NCBI RefSeq assembly: GCF_001194135.2 | Contig: NC_068985.1 | Coordinates: forward strand, 6,847,867-6,883,158 | Origin: Octopus bimaculoides | Taxonomy: Eukaryota | Direction of reading: 5' to 3' | Length of the DNA stretch: 35,292 bases | Shown here: positions 1 to 12,669 of the stretch, piece after piece | Numbering within the stretch: the first letter of the stretch is position 1 | How the letters are laid out: each line of letters starts with the position of its first letter | Position numbers and translations under genes: made by a program | Notes under the pieces: generated by a model | The model's input: only the letters and a program-made list of their open reading frames with translations | Told to the model about the DNA's origin: nothing | Database searches by the model: none

Positions 1-15
1 ATATATACATATACA

Positions 16-721
16 CTATCAAGCACCCCACGTTCATTGGACGGTGTAAGTTCGTTAGAAGACTGGAGTCTAAAATAGTGTAATTTCGCTCCTGCTTGTG
101 CTTGTCTTTGATGCTCTGGCGACTGCATTAGAAACAGCATTGCGAGCACGCTGATGTACACATTCTGCTTCCGTTTTGCCCCCAGGAAACGCAAAACAGA
201 AGCATTTTCTTTCTTTTTCTGCCAATGTAACTCTTACTTTTTTGAGGCATCCTGTCGAAAATCTGTAGTTGAATGAATCTTTAGAAAATCAATTAAATTT
301 ACCTCGTTGCTGTTTGCAAGCACTAAATTTGATATTTCAACACAAAAAATTCCCACAACGCCAAAGCGCACGATTATTTGCAACGGTATTGTAAGCACCA
401 AGTGGCACGGGAATGCGGACAGGTTGCGAATGAGCATTCACATCTATAAGGACATGTGGACAGAACTTATTTTAAGAAAATCGATATTCTATCGACCAAA
501 AGTGCAATTGTGTAAAATGTAAACGATCGATACGAACACAAGTGCACTGGCAAGAAACAGAAGTTGAAGGGCGTTTCTAGGATATATACCACACTTAAGC
601 GCGAAATTTAAATAAAGAGAATTTGCAAATCGAAACTGTAAATGGAAAGACAGCCAAAACGGGTTTCTTTTGGGGGAAAAACGATGTTAGCTTTAAAAGT
701 ATCTTATATTAATTAGGAAGA
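16..721 (-). mobile_element. Possible non-autonomous Helitron with a degraded RepHel N-terminus-like frame
   Basis: The minus strand ends in a 5-bp bulged stem/7-nt loop (29-46) about 13 nt before ATAG|T (one mismatch from CTAG|T). It starts near TCTTCCTAATTAATATAAGAT. Frameshifted MPQKSKSYIGRK...TEAECVHQRARNAVSNAVARAS resembles the basic/helical N-terminus of RepHel proteins. Confidence 0.35.
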
Positions 722-829
722 AATGAAAATTCTTTATAAATAAAGTTATTTAAGTCCACGTAACTGGAAAATTTAGAATGGGATATAGGGTTCGGCGATA
801 TGCGATGTTGACCGATAAAGTAGCAAACA

Positions 830-1248
830 TTGTTTGGACGCTTTCGTTGTTTAAGTTGGTGAACGATGCCTTAATCTTTGCTTTCAGTTCATCTTTGGTG
901 TTACAGTTCATCTTTGGTCTCTCGCTCCACTGCACCCCACGCGTAATAATTGAGTTTGCTCAAAAGCTTCATAGCGCGGTCTTTTCTCTTGTCCTCGATG
1001 GCTTGGGATAATATTTGGCCCTTTCTCATCTTGTATGAGGAATACCGAATGCTAAGAATTTCAGACATTCCCACGTATCTGGCGATGGAACTGATTGATA
1101 TGGAAGGATTGTTGTCAATCAGGGTATAGATCTCACCAACAAATTCAGGTGTTCTTTTCTTATCAGAATCGTCAGAGTGAGTTTTCCGAGCTTCCGTCCC
1201 TTCGTAATCACAATTATACTCAACCAACTCGTTTCGATTGTTCGGCAC
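830..1248 (-). mobile_element. Tc1/mariner (maT/DD37D-like) transposase remnant, catalytic core deleted
   Basis: ORF 901-1248 reads YEGTEARKTHSD..KKRTPEFVGEI..IDNNPS.SI.SIAR..G.SE..YSSYKMRKGQ.LSQA..DKRKDRA.KLL.KL. This joins directly to YYAWGAVERET and, in another frame, CNTKDELKAKIKASFTNLN. Confidence 0.85.
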
Positions 1249-2425
1249 TCCTTAACAAGTACTAACTCCATAACAAATACTAACCATAACGGCAGCGGTA
1301 CTAACAAATCTAACGCCGATTCCTCACTAAATAGCAATCCCCACACAAGTTCATCCGGAACACCCGCTACACACCTATGCAACTGTAGACGCCCAACTTC
1401 CTGTCATTTAGAAAGCCGCCGTCTCACGCAAAGAAAATAGAAACAGTTTATAAGTGCGCACAATCAACTGCCAACTGTAATTACATTCATATCGTCTCAT
1501 GTAGCGCCGCCTTCAACGCCAGAGTGAGCAATCACTACTCCAGCTCCAAGTCCCAAACAAAATCCAAATTGTACATCGTTATCTTAATTCTTCAGTAAAG
1601 TAACGCTCGATTAAACGCCTTACACTATTAAGTGGTCCATAGTTACTGACGCCAAGCCTTACAGCAGCTATAATAACAAGTGCGATCTTTGCATAGCCGA
1701 GGTCTTGGCTATTTTGCAATCCAGGGATTGCCTTAACGAATGCAGCAGTATAATTTTCACCTACAAACATCGGTCACTAAATCTATTCTCAAAATACAAA
1801 TAATAACAACCCCACCCCGCACTCTCCCCCTAACCTTCCTAAATTTTCCCCTCTCATCCACTCTAACTCCTACTATATATTAAACCAACTATATAGCTCC
1901 CCTTTAATTCCTTTGTTGTCAATTACACACTTCTCTCCGTATTTTCCTTACCAATTAAAATTCTTTCAACAGCCTCCTCCTCCTGCCGCATCCCTCCGTA
2001 AATTTACGAGTACATACGCCAACATACACCTCCACCACTTCATACTGTAAACATTTTCATCACACCGTATACATTCCTCTATTGAAAACATCTATAGTGG
2101 CCGCCACAATTCTTTCTTTCTTACTTCCTTCATGCATATAATTTTTTTCTTGACCTTGCCCAAAAATATTTCCCCACCCATTTCCCTCAAATTCTTCCTA
2201 ATACCACTCCCCTGTTATTTTTTGTGATTCACCCTTTCAATGCCACCAGTGAAACAAATGTGCTTAAGTTCCTCTTCTTTCTCCACCTCTTCTTTCTCCT
2301 TTCTGTTGAAGAGCATAAGCTCGAAACGTAAAAGACTTTATCAATTGCCGAGCGTTAAACATCTGATTGTTGTTTATACATCGTCTTCATCTTTTGTTTT
2401 GTTTACTTTTTGTTAATTCCAACTA
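1249..2425 (+). mobile_element. Penelope-like retroelement, 5'-truncated: GIY-YIG endonuclease C-terminus plus 3' pLTR/UTR
   Basis: Frameshifted translation: N/T-rich linker, CNCRRPTSC, VYKC...F.ARVSNH..S, CTSLS, PYTIKWSIV..AKPYSSYNNKCDLCIAE..AIL...LNE.S.II...KHR..LFSKYK* (stop near 1801). A hammerhead-like motif follows at 2299-2334. Confidence 0.85.
2299..2334 (+). ncRNA. Minimal type I hammerhead ribozyme-like motif (core variant) in the Penelope pLTR
   Basis: CTTT-CTGTTGA-A-GAGC(ATAA)GCTC-GAA-ACGT-A-AAAG: helix I CTTT/AAAG, helix II GAGC/GCTC, palindromic helix III ACGT, GUA cleavage triplet. The core has T at the conserved A6. Confidence 0.6.
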
Positions 2426-3228
2426 TATACATACATATGTCATAATATTGTAAAGTAGTTAAACTAATCCGCCTGAAATTCTTGATTGTTGAAAAACGGA
2501 ATTTATTAGTAATTGAAAATAAATTGTTGTGAAATACAAGAAATTAGATTACGAGAGTCTAGGGCTGAAGCCTGTGAGTTCAAAACCTCTCTATAGGTTT
2601 TAAATTTTGAAAATAACTATTATAATAATCACAATAACCTAACGGATGTTAGCCTACAAGTGAAAACCATTGCCGAGTCTCTGCTTCGAAAGAACACCAA
2701 CGTGAGCTCACTTATGTCTTCCCTGTGGTAAACACAGATAAAACGATATGCGTGGTAGGCGCGTGTGTGTGTAATTATGCAATATTACGTAAACACACAC
2801 ATACACATATGTACCTCTCTCCCCCATATCTCTGTCTTTCTGTCTTCATGTATATATTTCTATATATATTCTTTTTATATGTGTGTGTAGACAGATGAAC
2901 TGTTATGTAGATCGATAGATATATACATAGATAGACAGACAGACACACAGATAGAATGTTAGATGCAAAACGGAGATAACAAAATATAGATTAATAAAGT
3001 GAAATATCTCTGTGATCTCAATATTGTTTTTAATAATCTGATAATAATGTATACAGCGATAACAATATTATCTGATCATTAATGTTAACGTGCAGACGTT
3101 TTTCGCTAAAATATTTAGCCATTCCCATCTCACTCCATGCTGTGGAACGTAGTTTTAAAATTTCAAAACTATATTGTAAACATGTATCATCTGATTGAGT
3201 AAATATTTGAGAAATATATAAAAATATA

Positions 3229-3247
3229 CATCCACCCATCCATCAAT

Positions 3248-3283
<36 letters not shown>

Positions 3284-3330
3284 CCATCCGTCCATCCATC
3301 CATCCATCCATCCATCCATCCATCCATCCA
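3229..3330. repeat. (CATC)n microsatellite
   Basis: Direct reading; it produces the DGWM/MDGW junk ORFs. Confidence 0.97.
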
Positions 3331-3342
3331 CACATACATATT

Positions 3343-4139
3343 TACATGCATACATACGTACGTACATAAGCACAACAGACATGATATAATGATTTGGGAC
3401 AAAGATGAGAAACGGATATTAACGGATATGAGAACACCTATGCTGAACTATTGAGAAATGTATAGTTTACTCTTTCCAGAATACAAGTTCACCTTTATGC
3501 CTGTAAATATTGGGGTCCTGATATATGTAACACACTGCCTAAATAGCAATCTTGAGAAATTAGGCTTCTCAAAACCAGAAAGGAGAAAGCTAATTCGAAG
3601 ACTACAGATCCAATCCATCACTGGAACTGTAAGATTCTGTACAACTTTCGAAAATTTTATCATTTAAGTATATATGAGCCTGTCTAGAAATGCAACTATA
3701 TGCATGAGAATACATACATAAAACAAAACACACAAATATGCACAGACATACATGCATGCATGCATTCATACATACATGCATACATACGTACGTACATAAG
3801 CACAACAGACATGATATAATGATTTGGGACAAAGATGAGAAACGGATATTAACGGATATGAGAACACCTATGCTGAACTATTGAGAAATGTATAGTTTAC
3901 TCTATCGAGATTACAAGTTCACCTTTATGCCTGTAAATATTGGGGTCCTGATATATGTAACACACTGCCTAAATAGCAATCTTGAGAAATTAGGCTTCTC
4001 AAAACCAGAAAGGAGAAAGCTAATTCGAAGACTACAGGTCCAATCCATCACTGGAACTGTAAGATTCTGTGCAACTTTCGAAAATTTTATCATTTAAGTA
4101 TATATGAGCCTGTCTAGATATGCAACTATATGCATGAGA
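3343..4139. repeat. Tandem duplication, 430-bp period (3343-3709 vs 3773-4139)
   Basis: I counted 6 substitutions in about 367 aligned bp. Duplicate ORFs occur at 3458 and 3888. The second copy ends at a 10-N gap. Confidence 0.95.
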
Positions 4140-4729
4140 NNNNNNNNNNTACATACATACAAGCTTCTAGCAAGACTGACATAGGAGGCTAGATACTGAT
4201 ATTTGAGGTAGACAACGAAATATATATACGTCACAGAAATCAACTTACCTGCTGATGCGAATACTTCGAAAATCAAAGAGAGGCGGTTATCTACGGACAA
4301 CTGCTTCGAAACATTCTATTAAATATATTATGAATTTATATTTATATCAATTATAATTGAGGTCGTAGGTGAATTCTCTATGACAATCTAGGATTTTTAG
4401 AAAAATAATCAACCAGCAAACTCACACAAATTCATGGAAATACAATTTTTAAGTGGAAGAGTAAAAGTACAAGGTGCATTCTAGTATTTTCTTCTAGAGG
4501 GAGGCAGTTATAATCATTCTAGATCATTGTAATTTTATTATATCATTACTGAACATCTAATAAGCTGATTTGTCAACTTTTGTTATTCGAAATTGAAGGA
4601 GACAGCTGGAACAGCATTTTGAAGTCACCTATTAAACGCAATTTGTCACAGTTGAATAGTTTGCAAAATTCATTCGGACCAGAATTCATTCGTATGCAAG
4701 AAATATTAATGGATTAACTTTTTCACAAA

Positions 4730-5205
4730 CACAAGATCTAGAACGGTAGAGAGGAGGTGAAAGACTATGAGAGGTGCAGGGGGGAAAGGGACGTCAGAAC
4801 AACCGAGCAATTTTCTAGATTAAAACTATCGTGTGTCTGTAAAGACACAATTCCTGTCACAACTATACCCAGAATGATTCATGAAGATATGAACAGGCGC
4901 AAACCTTGTGCATATTTTGTTCCCAAGGTTCTCAGTGACTAGCATCATAATAAACAACCGGATGACGAAATTGGGCAACAAAACTGTCCCTCACTCTCCC
5001 TGCAGTCAAAACTTTACTCCCTGTAATCAATTGTTGTTCCCCAATCTGAAAATGAACCTGAAGAGTAGACGTTTTGTAAGTGAGCGAGGTTTGTGACAAC
5101 AGTAATGGACACCCTTAAATTGAAGCATTTGTACATGGCCTTCGCCAAGTGGCTGTTGTGACACAAACGCATTGAAGGGAGTGGATGATATTTTGAAGGA
5201 GAAAA
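4730..5205 (+). mobile_element. mariner (DD34D-type) transposase remnant, internally deleted
   Basis: REEVKDYER..., IHEDMNRRKPCAYFVPKVLSD jumps to KLGNKTVPHSPCSQNFTPCNQLLFPNLK.NLKSRRF (a degenerate HPPYSPDLAPCDF.LFPKLK), then a degraded C-terminus. Confidence 0.8.
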
Positions 5206-5362
5206 AGTTCTTTTCTATTTCTTTGAAAATGATAAAAATCCCCCTTTCACAGGTTTCAATAATTCTGCAATACATCACATATGTACGGCTTCTTGCTACT
5301 AAGAAAACAACACGAATACACGGAGACACATAGTTATGTCCCCCTTTCTATGCTTTTATATA

Positions 5363-5764
5363 GGTGCAGGCGTGGCTGTGTGGTAAGAGGTTTACTTCTC
5401 TACCACATAGTCCCGGTCTCTGTCCCAGTGCGTGGAATCTTGGGCACGTGGCCACTACTATAGCCTCACGCCAACCAAAGGCTTGCGAATGCATTTGGTA
5501 CACGGAAACTGAAAGAATCCCGTCGTGTATGTGTCTGTGTGTGTGTGCGTGTGCGTCTTGTCTGTGTTTCACCCCATCACTGCTTGATAACCGATGTTGT
5601 GTTTACATCCCCATAACTTAGCGGTTCTGTATATGAAAACGATATTATTAGCACTGGGCTGAAAGAATAAGTTCTGGGCTCAATTTGTTTGGCTACAATC
5701 CTTCTAGGCAGTGCTCGAGCATGGCCGCAGTCACATTACTGAAACAGGTAAAAAAGTGAAAGTA
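5363..5764 (+). mobile_element. tRNA-derived SINE, family A
   Basis: A-box-like TGGCTGTGTGG head, internal (GT)n, tail ...GCATGGCCGCAGTC...CTGAAAC..GTAAAA. Colinear with the copy at 32137-32574. Confidence 0.85.
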
Positions 5765-5788
5765 TATATATATATATATATATATATA

Positions 5789-6567
5789 CTAGTCTACCCG
5801 TGACCCGGTTCGTCACCGAGAAAGCCTGAGTTTCCTAGCAATTGAGTTTTGTTTCGGTTTTTTTTTCTATTCTAGTTTTTTTTGCATACTTTCAACGAAT
5901 GTGACACCGAAATCAGGCGTAAGTGGCACCTCTCCCCAGAAAGGAAAGATTTGGCTGCTATTTCTTGCACGCTCTGCTACAACGTAACAGCACTCCTTGA
6001 ATGAACTCGCAATTCTCCTATGGAAAATAAAAAACTTATTTCACACCTAGGTTATGAATGAGGCGTTTACGAAATATTTATTCCAGAAAATTTTTTTTGT
6101 AATCGTATTGACTTGAAAATAATTTTAAAAATCAGTAAAGCAGTGACAGTTTAAACAAAACTAAAATATATAGATAATTATTGTACAAACAACTTATATA
6201 TTTTTGAAATCACATTTACTTGAAAACATTTCTAGATTATTATTTACTATAAAAAAAAAGGAAACAAACAAATAACATTTTATTCCTTGTGAATTCACTG
6301 ACCAGTGTAAATTTAAGAGTTACTTCTCTTTCAGGATTAAGTTAATTTCGGAGACTTTTCCCATTATGCAGCGTTTCGGGTATTAATACCATGAAAGCCA
6401 TCAATATCTTCTCAACCACTTAACCGATTTACGCGAAATGTGTTTCATTCCGTTCATATTTACATTTAAATGGAAGGGGGTCAATTCATAGTATTTTCCC
6501 ATTATCGCCAATTTGTCTGAGTAACATTCCAAGCAAGCAAGATTCTGACTTTTAATAATATTATAGA
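5789..6567 (-). mobile_element. Non-autonomous Helitron
   Basis: Minus strand A|TCTATAATATTATTAAAA...GTGAC-gaaccgg-GTCAC hairpin (5800-5816) 11 nt before CTAG|T. These are canonical TC/CTRR ends with an A|T insertion site. Confidence 0.7.
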
Positions 6568-7295
6568 TAGATAGATAGAAGCATACATATACTCAAGCAA
6601 GCACATATATAAAAGCGTATAAGGATGAAGATGCTGTTAATAAATCTAAGACACAGGAAGTCAACATTTAAATCATGACATCTAATATTTAGTTATATCA
6701 TTCTTGTAAGATCTAAGATTTTGTTCGATTAAAAATGTATGGCTGACACTGCTTGTCTAAATATAACAATTTGAACATTTCATTGCTGTATTGTCTAACT
6801 TACTGCATTTGCCCATGCACTTACATCACGAAGTCGCATTAAAAACTTAGGTTATCGATTTCAAAATAAAATTCGAAGTAAATTCCGACGAGGATTGAAA
6901 CCCGAAATTTATTTAAATATTATATTGGTAAAAATATATCACATTTCCAATTTAAGCTCTGCTATATTAGTTGTAGAACAGCAAGTTGATTAGCATGTGT
7001 GTAATTCTTAGAAACAGAATGCACAAAGCGCATACATAATTGGACGATTGACAAAGGTTTGTTGCAAATTAACATGTTATAAATTTCTATTTCTTTTCTA
7101 AATATAAAAACATATAATCAAATTACAGAATGGCTTAGACAGACATATTAAACGATATAACGAACATCATAATAGAAACTAGTTATTAAATATTAGTGAA
7201 AGACAAATAAAAATTGTAGACAGAATATATGAAACAAAATATGAAACTGCGCAAATACCTAATAATTCCTATAAATATATTTATATATGTGAGTC

Positions 7296-7297
<2 letters not shown>

Positions 7298-7341
<44 letters not shown>

Positions 7342-7669
7342 NNNNNNNNNNNNNNNNNNNNNNNNNNNNNNNNNNNNNNNNNNNNNNNNNNNNNNNNNNN
7401 NNNNNNNNNNNNNNNNNNNNNNNNNNNNNNNNNNNNNNNNNNNNNNNNNNNNNNNNNNNNNNNNNNNNNNNNNNNNNNNNNNNNNNNNNNNNNNNNNNNN
7501 NNNNNNNNNNNNNNNNNNNNNNNNNNNNNNNNNNNTATATAAATATATATGTATGTATATGCATATGTATGTATATATATACATATATATACTTATACAC
7601 AAACACATATACATATGCTTACACGCTCATATATATATACATACATACACACATGCATACATACATACA

Positions 7670-7733
<64 letters not shown>

Positions 7734-7810
7734 ACGCATTGTCTACTTCATCTCTTTATTTATGATTTATACAGACACACACACACACACACACATATAG
7801 AGACTTATAT
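7298..7810. repeat. (TA)n/(TACA)n/(CA)n compound microsatellite around N-gap 7342-7535
   Basis: Direct reading. Confidence 0.95.
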
Positions 7811-8137
7811 ATATATATGCATATGTTTATGTCTACGTTTGGTTGCCTGTGTTATGTGTATTTACGTACGTATGTCTGTAAGTATACTCTACAAAGAAAT
7901 CTGAATATCTATAAATATAAATCGTCTGCATTAAAAACATGGAATACAGGGAGACTAAGTACGTTTCTTCTTCTAACTTTGAAATACGTGTAATTAACTT
8001 ATCTTATTTCCATGAAAGACTGCAATTTATAATAATTGCAACATACGTCCCTTTAGGTTTACTAAAACGCCGCTGGCAAATATTTAATTAGTAAACGGAA
8101 TCGTTTTTAAACCATTATCATATTAGAATATTTGAAG

Positions 8138-8164
8138 TTAGGGTTAGGTTTAGGGTTAGGGTTA
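8138..8164 (+). repeat. Short interstitial (TTAGGG)-type array, 4.5 units
   Basis: TTAGGG TTAGGT TTAGGG TTAGGG TTA. Confidence 0.85.
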
Positions 8165-8510
8165 TAATGTACGTTTTTCTTTATATTTCTCTCTGAATGG
8201 TTTTATATTGTATTTCCTTTTCACATTTAACATTTTAGATATTTTCTGAATGCAGTGTTGACTAAATATAAACATGAGCTACTGTATTTGTGTGTGTATC
8301 GTAAGTCAAGTACATGTTGGTTAACCTGGCCCCATTGCGTAGCTTCATTTTCGGACCCAATGGCATGTGTTCACATCCACCATTAATCATACAACAAATG
8401 GAAGGAGCATATTAATATAATAATATATATTAATATTATTAGCTGTAAACCGTCGATTAACTGTGGTTGTTTAAACGTACAAGCTACCATATTTTCATTA
8501 ATATTATTGG

Positions 8511-8721
8511 AGGGCAGCAAACCGGCAGAATCGTCGGACAAAATGCCTAGCGGCATTTCTCCCGGTTATTTATGTTTCACTCCAAATTTTGCCGAGATTG
8601 ATTGTGCATTTCATCTTTTCGTAGTCGATAAAACAACTACTAGTTGAACACTGGCTCGATGTACACAATTGGCCCCGCCCAACAAAATTTCAGAGCTTGC
8701 ACCTATAGTAGAAGAATCATT
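8511..8721 (+). mobile_element. SINE family B, diverged
   Basis: Colinear with 21545-21686 (+) and 34281-34465 (-): GGCAGAATCG...GCATTTC...CAAATT..GCCGAG...TTTCATC.TTTCG..GTCGATAAAA...CACTGG...CCTATAGTAGAA. Confidence 0.75.
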
Positions 8722-9173
8722 AATATTTTACGTGTTGTCTTTTCATTTTCTTTTTCTTAATATACACAAATCGTGACGAGGTTGCTGCATTCTTACTGCA
8801 TGACAATGTTTGTAATAAGCTCAACAGCTCACTGTTTCAAATTCGAAATATTATTGTGTAGTATTACACTCAGCGGAAATTTATCACATTATTCCTCCAA
8901 CGAAATACGCCATTTTGCTTTTTATACATATAAAGCATGCATTTATACATTCTGAGATATTTATTTCACTAATCCCGGATCCAATTCTTGATAAATGCAG
9001 TTTCATGCTGATGTATTTATTTATGTATATTTGGTAAGTATATAGAGAGTAATTTTGAAATATTCGAAGGTATATGGCTAACTAGAAAGATATATATAGA
9101 GAAAATAAATAGTTTAAAAGATATCAGAGAAACGGAGAAAATGTATCATTCAAAATGGCATATACATACATAT

Positions 9174-9218
<45 letters not shown>

Positions 9219-10648
9219 NNNNNNNNNNNNNNNNNNNNNNNNNNNNNNNNNNNNNNNNNNNNNNNNNNAGACATAGAATACGAGCATTTTAATGGATATA
9301 AAGCTCCAGTATATAGTACAACTGTTTTTTATACAGGGAGTTGAATTTGAATTATTTCCTACACCGCCACAGAACCCTCCTGAAACGGCCGTAGGCTTGG
9401 ACTGATCCTTTCAATCGCCTCCTTTAATCTATTCTAACTATATTTTATACTTTTACGGTACACCTTATATACATATTTGTTATTTTAATTTTTTATGTTT
9501 ATAATCTTATATTTATATATTCTTATCATGTACGTCTTAATATAAATATGTAGTTATTTGAATGTCTGTCTTCTGTGTCTTCTCACTTGTTTCTTCTCCC
9601 CAACTTGCTTTCTGTTTCATATATTTTCTGTAGAGAGAAAACGAGTGAAATATTGTGAAAGACAGACGCATATACAGTGAGAAATAGAGACACATACACA
9701 TATATACAGCAAGAAAGAGTGAGGGCGAAATATTGACAGAGATAAAGACACAGAGGGGGACATATAGACAGAGAGAAAGTAGAGGTCCGGTGGCTACTGC
9801 ACAGGAATGTATAAACTTAGAGGAAGTTGGAGGTGGATTGAGTGATAGGAGGAGTATTTTTTCACTCTGTGAAATAGACAGTACGTGGATAGCTAGAAAT
9901 AGGAGCCAATACACCACCAACACTACCTACGCCACATTCCCTTTTCAGAAAATAAGTGTACAGCTATCTGCGGAGTGGTCTAATTAATTTAAATGACACG
10001 AAAAACTTGAAATATTTTCAATCATATTTAGTGTTTCAGCGATCAAAATACAAAAGAAGTAGCTTTTTATATGGATATAGAAGATATCTATCTATCTATC
10101 TTTCTCTCTATATTCTTGCGTATGTGTGTGTGTATACATTATATATATACATACATAATACATACATATATAATACATACATATAATCTAAAAGGTCAGT
10201 TAAGGACAATCGCATGTGTAACCAGACATGGAGAACAAATCAACGGTACAAAGAAACCAAGTGCCAATCCCTTTAAAACGGCAGCCAGTTTAACAGTAGC
10301 AGAATCACCATCCCACTACATCTACACATTCAAAGCAGTCTGCCAACGGTTCGTCAGCAACAACACCCCCCGATAAGCTTAGTGACGTCTACTAAATTCA
10401 GGCCACGACGGACAGAGAGGATGCTCTTGAAACTGAGAATATGAATTTACGGAGACAATATCTACATATCACCTGAGGAAACACAAATAGATCTCATAAT
10501 GCAGTGATGTAGTTGCATAATCAAGTACCTACACGCCAGGGAAATTACGTTGTGTGGAAACAATTGTAGTGATTAAAAAATAAATGGTTAAATGTACTCC
10601 TTCTTCGAATTTTTCCAATTATAAATACATATATATTTATATATATAC

Positions 10649-11064
10649 ATTGTTAAATACATATACAAATGTATATGCTTTGTGTATTTTCTGGTGGCTG
10701 CAATGGCGTAGCGGAGTATATAACTCACATGTCGCCGATGTTAAAACACCTTAGAGCCATGCACAGGCGAGATAACGCAGCGTCAATCCCATTTATGATT
10801 GATGGACATCGGTGTTTCACCATTTATGTGGCTTATCAACACCACGTACCCGACTGGGTTGAAGGCAAGGTGTTGATAATGTGCCAATATGGCGAAACAT
10901 CAATGTCCGTCACTCCCAAATGGGATTGCGGGTGAGTTACCTTGCCTGCCCATGGCTCTAAAGGTGTTTTAACACCGGGGACATGAGAGTTATATGCTCC
11001 GCTACACCATTGCAGCGACCGTTAATTACACAAACCATATGCATTAGCTTATGTATTTAACAAT
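10649..11064. repeat. Foldback/palindromic element 1 (about 195-bp arms, 25-bp spacer)
   Basis: 10649-10843 is the reverse complement of 10869-11064, roughly 80% identical by eye. Confidence 0.9.
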
Positions 11065-12447
11065 ATTTATTGTACTTAACCTGCTTTTACTTCATATATA
11101 TATATATNNNNNNNNNNNNNNNNNNNNNNNNNNNNNNNNNATATAATATATATATATATATAATAGTATATATATATATAATACTAAATGTATAATGCTA
11201 TATACCATCATATTATGGTATATAGCATAGTGTGTATCAGATTTATATAACAAAATCATACATTGATATCTACCATGTTATATCCATAAATTATTTATAA
11301 TACTATCATTTCGTAAATTTTCAGCTTATATTATTTTATTGAAATAATTGAAATTATCCAGAAGACTTTCACGACAATGATTTATTTTATATTCTCTTTT
11401 TCCAGTATTGTTGTTGACAAATATATTCACTCTTCAGATCTATTAAACTTCAAATTCCTTGTGGACATATCTTGCTGACAAAGATTATTAGACTGGCAAA
11501 TTTAGCCGAATTAAATTCAGTACTTATCCTTGTTATTGTTGTATGAAATTAGCTTTCATTTTCACCAGAAAATTGACAGTTATATTAAAATAATAATCCC
11601 TCTCACAAATAGCCAGCGACGTCGATTTTGATAAATTTGTGGACATGTGTATATATGTTTTGTTGTCGTCTGTTACGTTCTTGTTCCATATTTTGTTTGT
11701 TTTTCTTTTGGTCTCCTATATCGAGAAGGGGAGTAAGAGAGAGGGAGAGAAGGAGTATGTGAGAGTGAGAGTGAAAGAGAGGGGAAGAGCGATGCATAAT
11801 TAATAAACATTTATGGATGGCACTTACTTTCTTTTCAAAGATTATGAGAGATTTTGTGTTTACACTCGTCTGTTATCGCGTAGCTTCAGACAAATAGAAA
11901 GTGGCCAATATATTAGCCACTGATTTTTAGCATATATTTTTTTTTCTTTTATAGTCATACATTTTCCGTATTCCATTAAAATATCAATGCAATATAAATA
12001 TCGACTTTTATCAAATAACATACATGAAAAATAAATTAATAAAAAATATACATAATATGAAAATAAATGGGAATATTAATAAAATAAAGCGTCTTATAAA
12101 AATTTTAAATACATACATCGATCAATAGCATAGAAGATATACAAGAGCGCAACTCTTTCCCAATATTTCAAAGTTTATTTGGAATATTTACTCTGTTGTA
12201 TGTTCATTTACGTCATCAGCCAAATTAGATTGTACTGAATAAGCTTGTAGTAAAGGTAAAATTTGTTCCCTCATATGTGTATGTGTGTGTGTGTGTGTAT
12301 GTGTGTAAATATGTGGGGTTGTGTATGTATACATATATGAGTGTGTGTGTTTGTGTATGAATGTGCTTGTGAGTGTATGTAAATGTATAATATATATATA
12401 TATATTTCCAAGGTTTCAAATTTGTATATTTAAAAGANNNNNNNNNN

Positions 12448-12485
<38 letters not shown>

Positions 12486-12669
12486 CGATAGACAGACTGA
12501 AAAACAGGCAGACAGATAGATAGATATAACTACATATATATGTGTGTGTATATATATATGTCTGTGTATGTGTGTATATATGTATATGTATATGTATACA
12601 CGCACATACACATATATATGTATATATAGGCAATAGCTATAAATACATAACCACACTGGTTGCTGCTTA

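Noticed and set aside
234-437. Minus-strand ORF with a GPCR TM7-like look (ISNLVLANS..VN...DFRQ)
   Set aside because: No NPxxY equivalent, no other TM exons or splice support, and it lies within a probable repeat.
9376-9400. GAAAC-GGCC-GT-A resembling a hammerhead helix III with a palindromic tetraloop
   Set aside because: No CUGANGA core or helix II upstream. At most a decayed pLTR remnant.
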